Part shown: positions 1-7,845 of the stretch, one piece after another
Layout of the letters: the number at the start of each line of letters is the position of its first letter
Position numbering within the stretch: the first letter of the stretch is position 1
Source: an uncultured Eubacteriales bacterium
GTDB taxonomy: Bacteria; Bacillota; Clostridia; Christensenellales; UBA1242
DNA length: 64,000 nucleotides
Reading direction: 5' to 3'
Assembly: GCA_902476355.1 (NCBI GenBank)
Contig: CABSCS010000008.1
Coordinates: forward strand, 8,868-72,867
Position numbers and translations under genes: made by a program
Notes under the pieces: model-generated
The model's database searches: none
What the model was told of the DNA's origin: nothing
What the model saw: the letters and a program-made list of their open reading frames with translations, nothing else

Positions 1-1788
1 GACGCAATTGCAGAATGCTATGGCGCAATCATGGGGTGGGACGACCCTGGACTTGCTCTTGAAATTGAAAACATTCCGACCGCGGTCAACACAAAAAATC
101 TTGATTTAATTTCTGAAGAAGAAGCCAAATATTCGCAAATTGGAAAGGTTGTTGACCTTCGAAACCTTCCTTTTGCAACAATTGACCCTGCAACATGCAA
201 AGATATGGACGATGCAATTTGTTCTTCATTTGATGAAAACGGAGACATTGTTTGCTATACCGCCGTTGCAAATGTTACAAAATATGTGAACCTTGACAGT
301 AAAATTGGAAAGAACTATATTGCTGGTTGCTTTACAATTTATGCACCAAACAAGGCATATAACATTCTTCCAACAAAGTTGTCAACGGGGATTTGTTCGC
401 TTAATCCTGGTGAAGACCGCCAAGCATTTGTTGTTAAAACAGTGATAGACAAGGACACTGGAAAAGCAAAAGAAAGCAAAATTTATGATGCAATCATCAG
501 AAGTCGCCATAAATATTCCTATGAAGATGCACAAAAGATTGTTGACGATTTTGGTGACGACTTTGTGAAAGAAACATTGCAGTTTAAAGCGCTTCATGGC
601 ATTGCATTGACCGATGAAGAGCAACTTGTAATGAATAAATATGCAGCGCAAATAATGTGGAAAGGTTTCGACCAAAGAAAAATGATTCGCTTTGTTTCAA
701 ATGATGAACGAGAAATTGTTTTCGACCAAGACCTTGATGATGTTGTGGATATTAAAGTTCTTGCACATTTGTTCTATCATGATGTTATAGAGGCGTTCAT
801 GGTGACAGCAAATGAGGCAACAGCAAAATATGCAAAAGAAAATGGGCTGAACAACATATATCGTGTTCATGCTGAACCAAACTCAAGAAAACTTGACCGT
901 GCAACAGAGTTCTTTGATGTTCTTGGAATTGAGTTCGACGGAAATTTGTCTGCCGAGGGAACAAGAAGCCTTATTGAAATTACGAAAGACACTTCAATGG
1001 AAGAGGTTATCAATAAATTTCTTATCAAAATGCAATCAAGAGCGGTTTACAGCGAAAACCTTTATCCTGATAATGGTGAAAATTATATTCAAGAAGATTT
1101 ATATGGCGAAAGAATTTCACACTATGCACTTCAATCGCCACATTATAGCCATACAACTTCGCCAATTCGCAGAGTTCCAGACTATTTGACTCAATATAAC
1201 ATTTTGGCAAACATTCACTGCACAAAACCAATTTCTCTTGGACAAATCAAAGAAATTGTAGAGCAAGCAAACAAGCGTCAACTTGATGTTGACCAAGCCG
1301 AAAAAGACTTTGAGGACATTAGCAGTGTAATCTATTGCGAAAAGCACATTGGCGAAAAAATGCATGGACGAATCACAAAAATCCGTTATACATCTGCAGA
1401 TGAAGAATATGACGACGAGATTGTTGCAATTGTAAAGAACGAAGAAAAAGGTATCAGTGTAGAGATTCCTCTTTCACAAATTCTTGGTCACCCTGCAACT
1501 GGCTGTTCTCTTTCACAAGAGGGCTGTGCGGTTTATGACGAAAGGGGAAAAGTTGTTTTGGCGATTTGCAAACCATTGGATTTCATCATTGAAAAGGCAG
1601 ACAGAAGAACAATGACAGTTTCGGGCAAAACCAATCGTGAACTTTTAAAGAGTGCAGCGTCAAAATCATTTGACCACCGAAACTATAAAAACAGTTCAAG
1701 ACCAAACAAAGATTTAAGATTCAACAGAACGCTGAAAGAAAGTGCATTCTGTGTCTGCGAAAAAGATGACGAGCCAGGAAAGAAATAA
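1..1788 (+). CDS. rnr: Ribonuclease R / RNase II-family 3'-5' exoribonuclease, N-terminus cut by window edge
   Basis: Frame is open from nt 1. RNB-domain signatures DMDDAI and HYALQSPHYSHTTSPIRRVPDY. S1-like C-terminal part (GEKMHGRITKI) and basic tail. Confidence 0.85.
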   Translation, partial: DAIAECYGAIMGWDDPGLALEIENIPTAVNTKNLDLISEEEAKYSQIGKVVDLRNLPFATIDPATCKDMDDAICSSFDENGDIVCYTAVANVTKYVNLDSKIGKNYIAGCFTIYAPNKAYNILPTKLSTGICSLNPGEDRQAFVVKTVIDKDTGKAKESKIYDAIIRSRHKYSYEDAQKIVDDFGDDFVKETLQFKALHGIALTDEEQLVMNKYAAQIMWKGFDQRKMIRFVSNDEREIVFDQDLDDVVDIKVLAHLFYHDVIEAFMVTANEATAKYAKENGLNNIYRVHAEPNSRKLDRATEFFDVLGIEFDGNLSAEGTRSLIEITKDTSMEEVINKFLIKMQSRAVYSENLYPDNGENYIQEDLYGERISHYALQSPHYSHTTSPIRRVPDYLTQYNILANIHCTKPISLGQIKEIVEQANKRQLDVDQAEKDFEDISSVIYCEKHIGEKMHGRITKIRYTSADEEYDDEIVAIVKNEEKGISVEIPLSQILGHPATGCSLSQEGCAVYDERGKVVLAICKPLDFIIEKADRRTMTVSGKTNRELLKSAASKSFDHRNYKNSSRPNKDLRFNRTLKESAFCVCEKDDEPGKK

Positions 1789-1854
1789 AGATGGTTTAAA
1801 GATGAGCAAAGAAAAAATGAAATTTAATAAAAAATAAATTTGTTTAAAATTTTC

Positions 1855-1882
1855 TTGCTTTTTCATATTTTTATGTTATAAT
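1855..1882 (+). promoter_or_regulatory. Sigma-A type promoter for tRNA-Lys
   Basis: TTGCTT (1855-1860), 16-nt spacer, extended -10 TGtTATAAT (TATAAT 1877-1882), about 35 nt upstream of the tRNA 5' end. Confidence 0.6.
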
Positions 1883-1917
1883 AATTGCGTTATGTGAATT
1901 TCACATTGCGCAGTTTT

Positions 1918-1993
1918 GGGTCATTAGCTCAGTTGGCAGAGCACCTGACTCTTAATCAGGGTGTCCGGGGTTCGAGCCCCCGATGACCCACCA
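1918..1993 (+). tRNA. tRNA-Lys (anticodon CTT), CCA encoded
   Basis: Hand-folded cloverleaf: acceptor GGGTCAT/ATGACCC, D stem GCTC/GAGC, anticodon stem CCTGA/TCAGG with loop CTCTTAA, T arm CGGGG-TTCGAGC-CCCCG, 3' ACCA. Confidence 0.95.
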
Positions 1994-2021
1994 AAAAGCA
2001 CCGATAATTCGGTGCTTTTTT
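1994..2021 (+). terminator. Rho-independent terminator after tRNA-Lys
   Basis: A-run, stem GCACCG / CGGTGC (1998-2015) with loop ATAATT, then T6. Confidence 0.8.
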
Positions 2022-2029
2022 CATGGTTA

Positions 2030-2155
2030 AACTTTGCTCGAACCCTGGGTTCGACTCCTGTCGGAGCCAGACCGCAATCAAAGATTGCTCCCGCTTTGTG
2101 CTAAAAACATGCCACAGGCATATTTTCTTAACGCAGTCGCCCCGAAGCCCCACCA
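2030..2155 (+). ncRNA. Unclassified tRNA-linked structured element, copy 1 (5' boundary uncertain)
   Basis: Aligns block-for-block with 39472-39596 (-). Hairpins CTCC-tgtc-GGAG, GCAATC-aaa-GATTGC and ATGCC-aca-GGCAT. Starts with GGGTTCGA. Ends with CCCCGAAGCCCCACCA, which matches the tRNA-Lys 3' end at 14/16 positions. Flanked by terminators. Confidence 0.5.
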
Positions 2156-2186
2156 AAAAAACAAACAAATTATTTGTTCTTTTTTA
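2156..2186 (+). terminator. A/T-rich hairpin plus T-run directly after the element's CCA
   Basis: AAAAAACAAACAAAT / ATTTGTTCTTTTTT imperfect inverted repeat followed by a T-run. Confidence 0.5.
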
Positions 2187-2271
2187 TCTTATCACTAATC
2201 ACTGCTGAAATTATAAACACTTTGAAATGCAAAATTTCAGTTAAAGCAAACTAAAAAAAACAAAGTATAAA

Positions 2272-2294
2272 CCCCGGCAAACGCTGGGGTTTTT
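2272..2294 (+). terminator. Strong orphan terminator hairpin
   Basis: CCCCGGC-aaac-GCTGGGG (one G.U pair) followed by T5. No ORF of 60 aa or more upstream of it. Confidence 0.65.
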
Positions 2295-2453
2295 ATTTTG
2301 CTTATTATGAATCAATTATAAATGGCGTGTGTTTGTTGGAGATATTTAAAAGGTTTAAAGTTTGTTGATTGGCTTACTAAGTGTAAAATATTGCAGGTTT
2401 TGGCTTGATATTTTGCTGTTCGTGTGGTATTATTTGTTTAGAGGATTAGTTTT

Positions 2454-3185
2454 ATGAAAACTGTAATTGTTACAGGTGCGTCACGCGGGATTGGCGCTTG
2501 CATTGCAAAAGAATTTGCAAAAAATGGATATAATGTTGTTTTAAACTATTTTAAAAGCGAGGAAAAGGCGAAAGAGGTTTCAAAAGATATTGAAAGTCTT
2601 GGTGCAAGAGTTTTGCTTTCAAAAGCAGATGTTTCAGACCCTGCGCAAGTTCAAGCAATGGTGGAAGAGGCGATAAAAGTTTTTGGAAATGTTGATGTTT
2701 TGGTAAACAATGCTGGAATTTCGATTTCTGGACTGCTTATAGACATGACAAATGAACAAATTCAAAATCTTGTTTCAACAAATCTTGTTTCTCAAATTGT
2801 TTGCGCAAGAGAGGTTGCAAAACATATGATTGGTCGTCAAAGCGGAAGAATTGTGAATGTTTCATCAATTTGGGGAGTTGTTGGCGGAAGCAACGAAACT
2901 GTTTACAGCGCAACAAAGGCGGGAATAATTGGCTTTACAAAGGCGCTTGCAAAAGAACTTGGACTTTCGAACATAACGGTGAATGCAGTTGCTCCTGGTG
3001 CAATTGAAACCGACATGATGAAATGCTATGACGCTGAAACAAAAAATCAAATTGCAGAAGAAACAACTCTTGGAAGAATTGGAAAACCCGAAGATATTGC
3101 AAAAGCTGTTTTATTTCTTGCAAGTGATGATGCGTCATATATAACCGGTCAAGTTTTGAGAGTTGATGGCGGTTGGAATATATAG
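2454..3185 (+). CDS. Short-chain dehydrogenase/reductase, FabG-like (3-oxoacyl-ACP reductase family)
   Basis: TGASRGIG cofactor motif, NNAG, catalytic S...YSATK. 243 aa, typical SDR length. Confidence 0.8.
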   Translation: MKTVIVTGASRGIGACIAKEFAKNGYNVVLNYFKSEEKAKEVSKDIESLGARVLLSKADVSDPAQVQAMVEEAIKVFGNVDVLVNNAGISISGLLIDMTNEQIQNLVSTNLVSQIVCAREVAKHMIGRQSGRIVNVSSIWGVVGGSNETVYSATKAGIIGFTKALAKELGLSNITVNAVAPGAIETDMMKCYDAETKNQIAEETTLGRIGKPEDIAKAVLFLASDDASYITGQVLRVDGGWNI

Positions 3186-3288
3186 TACTATTTCACACAT
3201 AACACGTTAAAAGTCCCATATTTTGGAGCTTTTTTTGTGCGTGGCAGTTTTTATTTTGCTTTCATAAAATGAAATAAGGAAGTGAAAT

Positions 3289-4350
3289 ATGTGTGAGTTT
3301 GTTATAAATTTGAAAGAGATTTTGCGTTCTTTTGACAAGGCAAAATCGTATCTTTGCAAAAAGACAAAAATTTGCGTTGTTGTGAAGGCGAATGCCTATG
3401 GTTTTGGTGCGTCGAAAATTTGTCAACTTTTGAATATTAAAGCAGATTATTTCGCAGTTGCAAGATTGAGTGAATTTTTGAAAATTGAAAAAATTGCAAA
3501 AAAACCTGTGTTGATTTTGTCGCCACTTTTTGAAAATGAAATGAAAGTTGCAATTGAAAAGGGGGCAGAAATCTCAATAGACTCAATTGAAATGCTACTT
3601 TGCGCAAACAAAATTGCAGAAGCAAAGCATAAAATTGCAAAAGTTCATCTTGTTCTTGACACAGGCATGAATCGTTTTGGAATAAAGCAAAATTCAGAAC
3701 TTGAACGCTTTTTATGTGTTTTAAAAGAAATGAAAAATGTTCGGTTTGTTGGGGCATATTCGCATGTTTATGATGCAAGTGATGCAGATAGTGTAAAGTT
3801 GCAACGCGAAAAGTTTATTTCTTTTAAAGAGATGATTACAAAAAATGGTTTCAATCCAATTTTTCACTTTGCTTCTTCGGTTCCGCTGAAAGACAAAGAA
3901 AACCAGTTTGACATGGTTCGTTTGGGCTTTGATGAATATTATTCTGAAACAAGCAAACACATGTTTGTTGCGCGCATTCTTGAAACAAAAGAGGTTTTGA
4001 AAGGTGAGAAAATTTCATATTCGGGAACTTTTGTTGCACAAAAAGACATGAAAATTGCAATTTGCTCTGCTGGATATGCCGACGGGCTTCCAAGAAAAAT
4101 GTCAAATAAGGGTGAAGTGTTGATATGTGGGCAAAAAGCGCCAATTATTGGGCGAGTGTGCATGGATGTGTTTATGTGTGACATTTCAAATGTTTCGGGC
4201 GCGAAAGTGGGTGAAAAGGTCGTGATTTTTGGATGTCAGAAAGAAAGTTCAATTTCTGTTTGCCAGGTTGCTGAAATTTGTGATACAATTGCATATGAAA
4301 TCTATACGGGCATCTCGGAAAGAGTAAAGCGCGTGTATAAATGGAGATAA
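3289..4350 (+). CDS. alr: Alanine racemase
   Basis: PLP-lysine motif VVKANAYGFG, DTGMNRFG, KISYSGTF, GRVCMD. RBS AAGGAAG upstream. Confidence 0.85.
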   Translation: MCEFVINLKEILRSFDKAKSYLCKKTKICVVVKANAYGFGASKICQLLNIKADYFAVARLSEFLKIEKIAKKPVLILSPLFENEMKVAIEKGAEISIDSIEMLLCANKIAEAKHKIAKVHLVLDTGMNRFGIKQNSELERFLCVLKEMKNVRFVGAYSHVYDASDADSVKLQREKFISFKEMITKNGFNPIFHFASSVPLKDKENQFDMVRLGFDEYYSETSKHMFVARILETKEVLKGEKISYSGTFVAQKDMKIAICSAGYADGLPRKMSNKGEVLICGQKAPIIGRVCMDVFMCDISNVSGAKVGEKVVIFGCQKESSISVCQVAEICDTIAYEIYTGISERVKRVYKWR

Positions 4351-4351
4351 A

Positions 4352-4900
4352 ATGCAGGTTATAACTGGAAAATATCGCGGAAGAAAACTTTTGAGTCTTG
4401 ACACAGAAAAAACAAGACCAACTCTTGCAAGGGTGAAAGAAAGTCTTTTTTCAATGGTTGATGAATATATTTTTGATAGCACTGTGCTAGACCTTTTTGC
4501 AGGTTCGGGCGCACTTGGAATTGAGGCAATCAGCCGTGGGGCAAAAAAAGTGTATTTTGTTGACAACAACAAAGATGCGAAAGTGGTTATTGAAAAAAAC
4601 CTGAAAAATGTAAAGGAAGACTTTTCGGTTGAAATTTCCGACTTTGCATCAGCACTTGACAAATATGCGTCGCTTGGTGTAAAATTTGATATGATATTTA
4701 TGGATCCACCATATAAAAGCGATTTTGCGGGCAGAGCACTTGAACTTTTAGACAAAAAAAATCTGCTTCATGATGGGTCGATTGTGTGCCTTGAATATGA
4801 GGGCTCAAATCGTTTGCAATCTTTTCCAGAATGTTATATAATAAAGAAGCATAAAACACATGGAATTGCAGGCATTGTGATTTTGGAGTATAAAAAATAA
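4352..4900 (+). CDS. rsmD: 16S rRNA (guanine966-N2)-methyltransferase RsmD
   Basis: TRPTLARVKESLF, SAM motif DLFAGSGALGIEAISRGA, catalytic DPPY. Confidence 0.85.
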   Translation: MQVITGKYRGRKLLSLDTEKTRPTLARVKESLFSMVDEYIFDSTVLDLFAGSGALGIEAISRGAKKVYFVDNNKDAKVVIEKNLKNVKEDFSVEISDFASALDKYASLGVKFDMIFMDPPYKSDFAGRALELLDKKNLLHDGSIVCLEYEGSNRLQSFPECYIIKKHKTHGIAGIVILEYKK

Positions 4901-5376
4901 TGGAAGATATTACACAACTTATTGATGAACTTGAATCTGAATTTGCCAAAGGCAAGAATTTTTTGTGGTCTAAAAAATCTTTTGTGAACCTTGATAAATG
5001 CGAAGAATTGATTGCAGAACTCAAACAATCGCTTCCTTCTGCACTTCAAGAAGCAAGTTATGTTTTGTCACAAAGAGATAAAATCATTTCACAAGCAAAA
5101 GAACAAGCCGACAAAACATTGAAAGAGGCAGAGGAAAGAGTTGAACAACTTTTAAGTGAAAATGCACTTATCAAAAAAAGTGAAACCGAATCTGCTGAAA
5201 TGATGGAAAATGCAGAAAAGCGTTCAAATCAACTTTATAACGTTACAAAAGACAATATCGATAAACTTTTAAAGTCGGTTGAAGACTATTTGCTTCAAAA
5301 CCTTCACATTGTTCGAAGCAACCGTGAAGAACTCAACAACACAAACTTTTCAGTTAAACCAAAAAATAAACAATAA
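4900..5376 (+). CDS. Coiled-coil protein of unknown function
   Basis: 158 aa, E/K/Q-rich heptad-like sequence. Start overlaps the rsmD stop. Occupies the slot where coaD usually follows rsmD. Confidence 0.45.
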   Translation: MEDITQLIDELESEFAKGKNFLWSKKSFVNLDKCEELIAELKQSLPSALQEASYVLSQRDKIISQAKEQADKTLKEAEERVEQLLSENALIKKSETESAEMMENAEKRSNQLYNVTKDNIDKLLKSVEDYLLQNLHIVRSNREELNNTNFSVKPKNKQ

Positions 5377-5380
5377 AAAC

Positions 5381-5408
5381 AAAAGCACAGTTTCATCTGT
5401 GCTTTTTT
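5381..5408. terminator. Bidirectional terminator between convergent genes
   Basis: A-run, GCACAG-tttcat-CTGTGC, T6. Lies between the + gene ending at 5376 and the - gene ending at 5419. Confidence 0.75.
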
Positions 5409-5418
5409 CATGTCAGCT

Positions 5419-6717
5419 TTAAAATTTGAAAATTGAAAGTAGGACGAGGCAAACAAAAAAGGAAAGAAATGCTTGAACAAATTTTGCAAAAATAAATTTT
5501 GAAACTTTAATGTTTGTTTTTGAAAGAAAAGATAAAGATTGAAAAATGATAGAAAATCCACCAAAAGAAATGAGTGAAGAAATCAACGAATATGAAAGAG
5601 AGCAGTGCACATTAGAGAGCATTTTTACACCTCTTGTCATTTCTATTATGCCAGACATAACACCGCTTGAAAGTGCCGTTTTTTCTGGATTTGAGCCAAA
5701 CAGTGGAGAAATGAGTTTTGCAAAAAAATGCAATATTTTGGTTTGGTTTAAAATGTCGATAAGAACAAAAAAGAAAGCAATATAAAAGCAAACAACAAGC
5801 AAACTTTGTGCAGTGTCAATTGCAGAAGAAGACATGATTTGCAAAAAGTTTTTCTTTGGGCTTTCATGTGTCACTTGTATTCCTGTGCGATGGTTTTGTT
5901 TGTCGTTGTCATCGTTTTGGTTGCTATTTGTTTTGCTTGTTTTTGTGCTTGCAAAGGCAAAGTTGTTTTTGCTTTGATTTAGTTGGTTGAAATTTGCAAT
6001 TTCGTTTTCGCTTGTTGTATTGTTATGAATAAAAGCACATTTGTTTGCGTGGAGGTTCTTGAACGAAGAGGTGGGCTGTACGGCTTTTTTGATTAAACTG
6101 TTAGAAGAGGTTTGCAGATTTGCTTGTTTTGTCAGTTTTTTATTCGTGTTTCTTTGTTTGATTTTTGCAAACAGATTTATAATTATTGCCGAAACAACCG
6201 CTGATATAACACTTGAAACATAAATGATAATTCCAAGTTTTGGGCTGTTGAGCATTCCAGTTCCAACACTTCCGATAATAAAAATAAGCCCAGATGTTGA
6301 AGAAAGAACTGCACACAGAAAACTATCTTTTTTGCTGATTTTTCCTTGCATAAACAGGTCTGCTGTAATTTTTGAACCGATTGGATATCCTGACACAAGA
6401 CTCATGAAAAAGGCATAAAAACAGTCTCCGCCAATGCCAAACAACTTTTGCATTGGCTTGTTGGCAATTTTAGAGAGTTTTTCAAAATTTAGGTTTGTGA
6501 TGATTTTGCAAAGAAACATGAAGGGTAATAGTCCTGGCAGAACCGAAACAAAGAAAAGTTTAATTCCGCTTGTTACGCTTTTTGCGTACAAAGCAGAGTT
6601 TGAAAGAATGCAAAACATGACCAGAAAAATTGCAATAATCCACACATTTTCTTGAAACCGTGCAAATGTGGCTTTTTTTATTTTACATTTTTCGCTGAAT
6701 ATTGTATTATAATGCAT
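5419..6717 (-). CDS. ylbJ: Nucleoside-recognition (Gate) domain membrane protein, YlbJ-like
   Basis: Polytopic membrane protein, convergent with rsmD as ylbJ is in Bacillus. Start moved to the ATG at 6717, because the longer ORF would overlap the divergent gene at 6767. Contains a ~105-aa N/Q/S/T/K-rich linker. Confidence 0.6.
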   Translation of the reverse strand: MHYNTIFSEKCKIKKATFARFQENVWIIAIFLVMFCILSNSALYAKSVTSGIKLFFVSVLPGLLPFMFLCKIITNLNFEKLSKIANKPMQKLFGIGGDCFYAFFMSLVSGYPIGSKITADLFMQGKISKKDSFLCAVLSSTSGLIFIIGSVGTGMLNSPKLGIIIYVSSVISAVVSAIIINLFAKIKQRNTNKKLTKQANLQTSSNSLIKKAVQPTSSFKNLHANKCAFIHNNTTSENEIANFNQLNQSKNNFAFASTKTSKTNSNQNDDNDKQNHRTGIQVTHESPKKNFLQIMSSSAIDTAQSLLVVCFYIAFFFVLIDILNQTKILHFFAKLISPLFGSNPEKTALSSGVMSGIIEMTRGVKMLSNVHCSLSYSLISSLISFGGFSIIFQSLSFLSKTNIKVSKFIFAKFVQAFLSFFVCLVLLSIFKF

Positions 6718-6766
6718 ATTAAATGTATATGCAAAGCATAGTCTTTTTTGACAAAGGAGAAAAAAT

Positions 6767-7594
6767 ATGAAAAAGCGTTTAACATGCATTGCAATGTCGC
6801 CAGAAAAATTGTTTTTGGTCAAGTTGATGCTTTCGTGTTTTTCACTTGCGGTTGCCATTACGCTATATTTGATTGGGCTTATTAATTTTGTTTGCCTTAT
6901 AATGGTTTTGGCGGGTGTTCTTTGGAACTTTTTTGCAAAGATAAATTCGTTTGTTGGGTTTGGTCTTTGCCTCGTGACGTGCTTTATTTGTGGGCTTGAA
7001 TGCATATCTATTGGGTTATATTCACATGCAATTTTATATTTGATTTTCTATATTGTGCTTGAACTTTTTGTTCTTGTTTTGAACCTTAAAGGAAACACTG
7101 TTTTTGTTAGATATAAAAATCTTTCACCAACCGATTCATATTATATTGTTTTGTCTATTTTGCTTTTTGCTGTTTGTGGATTTTCAATTTCACTTTGCCA
7201 AAACAACATGATTGTTCCAGCAATCGACGCAGTTTGCGCTAGTTTGCTTGCACTTTCAGCATATCTTCATTCAAGAAATTTCAGAGAATATTATGTAATC
7301 CGTCCAATTGCTCTTGTTTTGACAATTGCAATGTTTGCCTATATTGTTTCAATTGGAATGGCAAGCAGTGTCACAATCAGTTTGTTGCTTCTTTATGTGA
7401 TTTATTTTGTGCTTGACGCAGTTGAACACATTTTCTTGATTCAATCAAAATTCAAAGTTCGCCACAGTCTGAGAAATGTTTTTGCAGACGAAAGCACTGT
7501 AGATGAAGTTGAAATTGTCCCAGAAAAAACAGAAGAACAAACAAACGAACAAAAACCAAAGAAAAAGGGCAGAGGTAAAGATGTTCTTGCTTAA
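6767..7594 (+). CDS. Polytopic membrane protein, unknown function, charged C-terminal tail
   Basis: About 7 hydrophobic helices. RBS AGGAGA upstream. Tail is EEQTNEQKPKKKGRGKD. Confidence 0.5.
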   Translation: MKKRLTCIAMSPEKLFLVKLMLSCFSLAVAITLYLIGLINFVCLIMVLAGVLWNFFAKINSFVGFGLCLVTCFICGLECISIGLYSHAILYLIFYIVLELFVLVLNLKGNTVFVRYKNLSPTDSYYIVLSILLFAVCGFSISLCQNNMIVPAIDAVCASLLALSAYLHSRNFREYYVIRPIALVLTIAMFAYIVSIGMASSVTISLLLLYVIYFVLDAVEHIFLIQSKFKVRHSLRNVFADESTVDEVEIVPEKTEEQTNEQKPKKKGRGKDVLA

Positions 7595-7604
7595 AAAATA
7601 AAAA

Positions 7605-7633
7605 GGCACACAAAATTGTGTGTCTTTTCTTTT
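7605..7633 (+). terminator. Rho-independent terminator
   Basis: GGCACACA-aaat-TGTGTGTC followed by TTTTCTTTT. Confidence 0.7.
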
Positions 7634-7845
7634 GCCTAGGTTACTTGCGTGATGTTTTTTTTGAGTTGGTGCAGGCAAAGTGTGTTGTCCGCAGTCATAA
7701 AAATAAGTATTTTTGCGGGTATTGTAATGTGTTTGATTATCGCTTTTTGATTTTATACATTGAGATAACGCTATTATGAAAAAATGATGAGAAGTTTTTA
7801 ATCGTTTTATTTATTTTGTTATCTTGCATGATATGCAATCACTTT

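Noticed and set aside
2016-2025. The 10-mer TTTTTTCATG directly follows four terminator hairpins (2016, 5403, 28800-28809 on the minus strand, 39611-39620 on the minus strand). This could be a terminator-linked motif.
   Set aside because: The sequences after CATG are unrelated at the four sites and the sample is tiny. I kept it only as part of the shared layout of the two tRNA-linked elements.
2030-2155. tmRNA (ssrA), SRP RNA or 6S RNA. The element follows rnr, where smpB-ssrA often sit. It contains GGGTTCGACTCC, which resembles the tmRNA T-arm, and it ends in CCACCA.
   Set aside because: It is only about 125 nt long. No 5' GGGG strand pairs with the 3' acceptor-like tail. There is no tag reading frame or resume codon, and no smpB. 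It lacks the SRP domain IV motif (GGAA tetraloop with AGCA symmetric loop). A second homologous copy next to tRNA-Leu argues for a repeated family rather than a single-copy housekeeping RNA.
2371-2385. A 14-15 nt inverted match (TTGGCTTACTAAGT) between the fabG-like upstream region and the first tandem-repeat copy at about 25424-25438.
   Set aside because: A 14-mer match between two strands of a 64-kb AT-rich window is expected by chance. The core CTTAnTAAG is itself nearly palindromic, and there is no extended similarity.
6718-7005. N-terminal extensions suggested by the ORF track (ylbJ up to 7005; similarly tmcAL to 9195, ackA from 10135, ftsY from 17607, trmD from 21996, ctsR from 43394, hpf to 48475, tsaE from 59431, murF from 62067).
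   Set aside because: The extensions overlap neighbouring genes or promoters and lack an RBS. Internal ATG/TTG codons with good Shine-Dalgarno spacing give N-termini that match the protein families.
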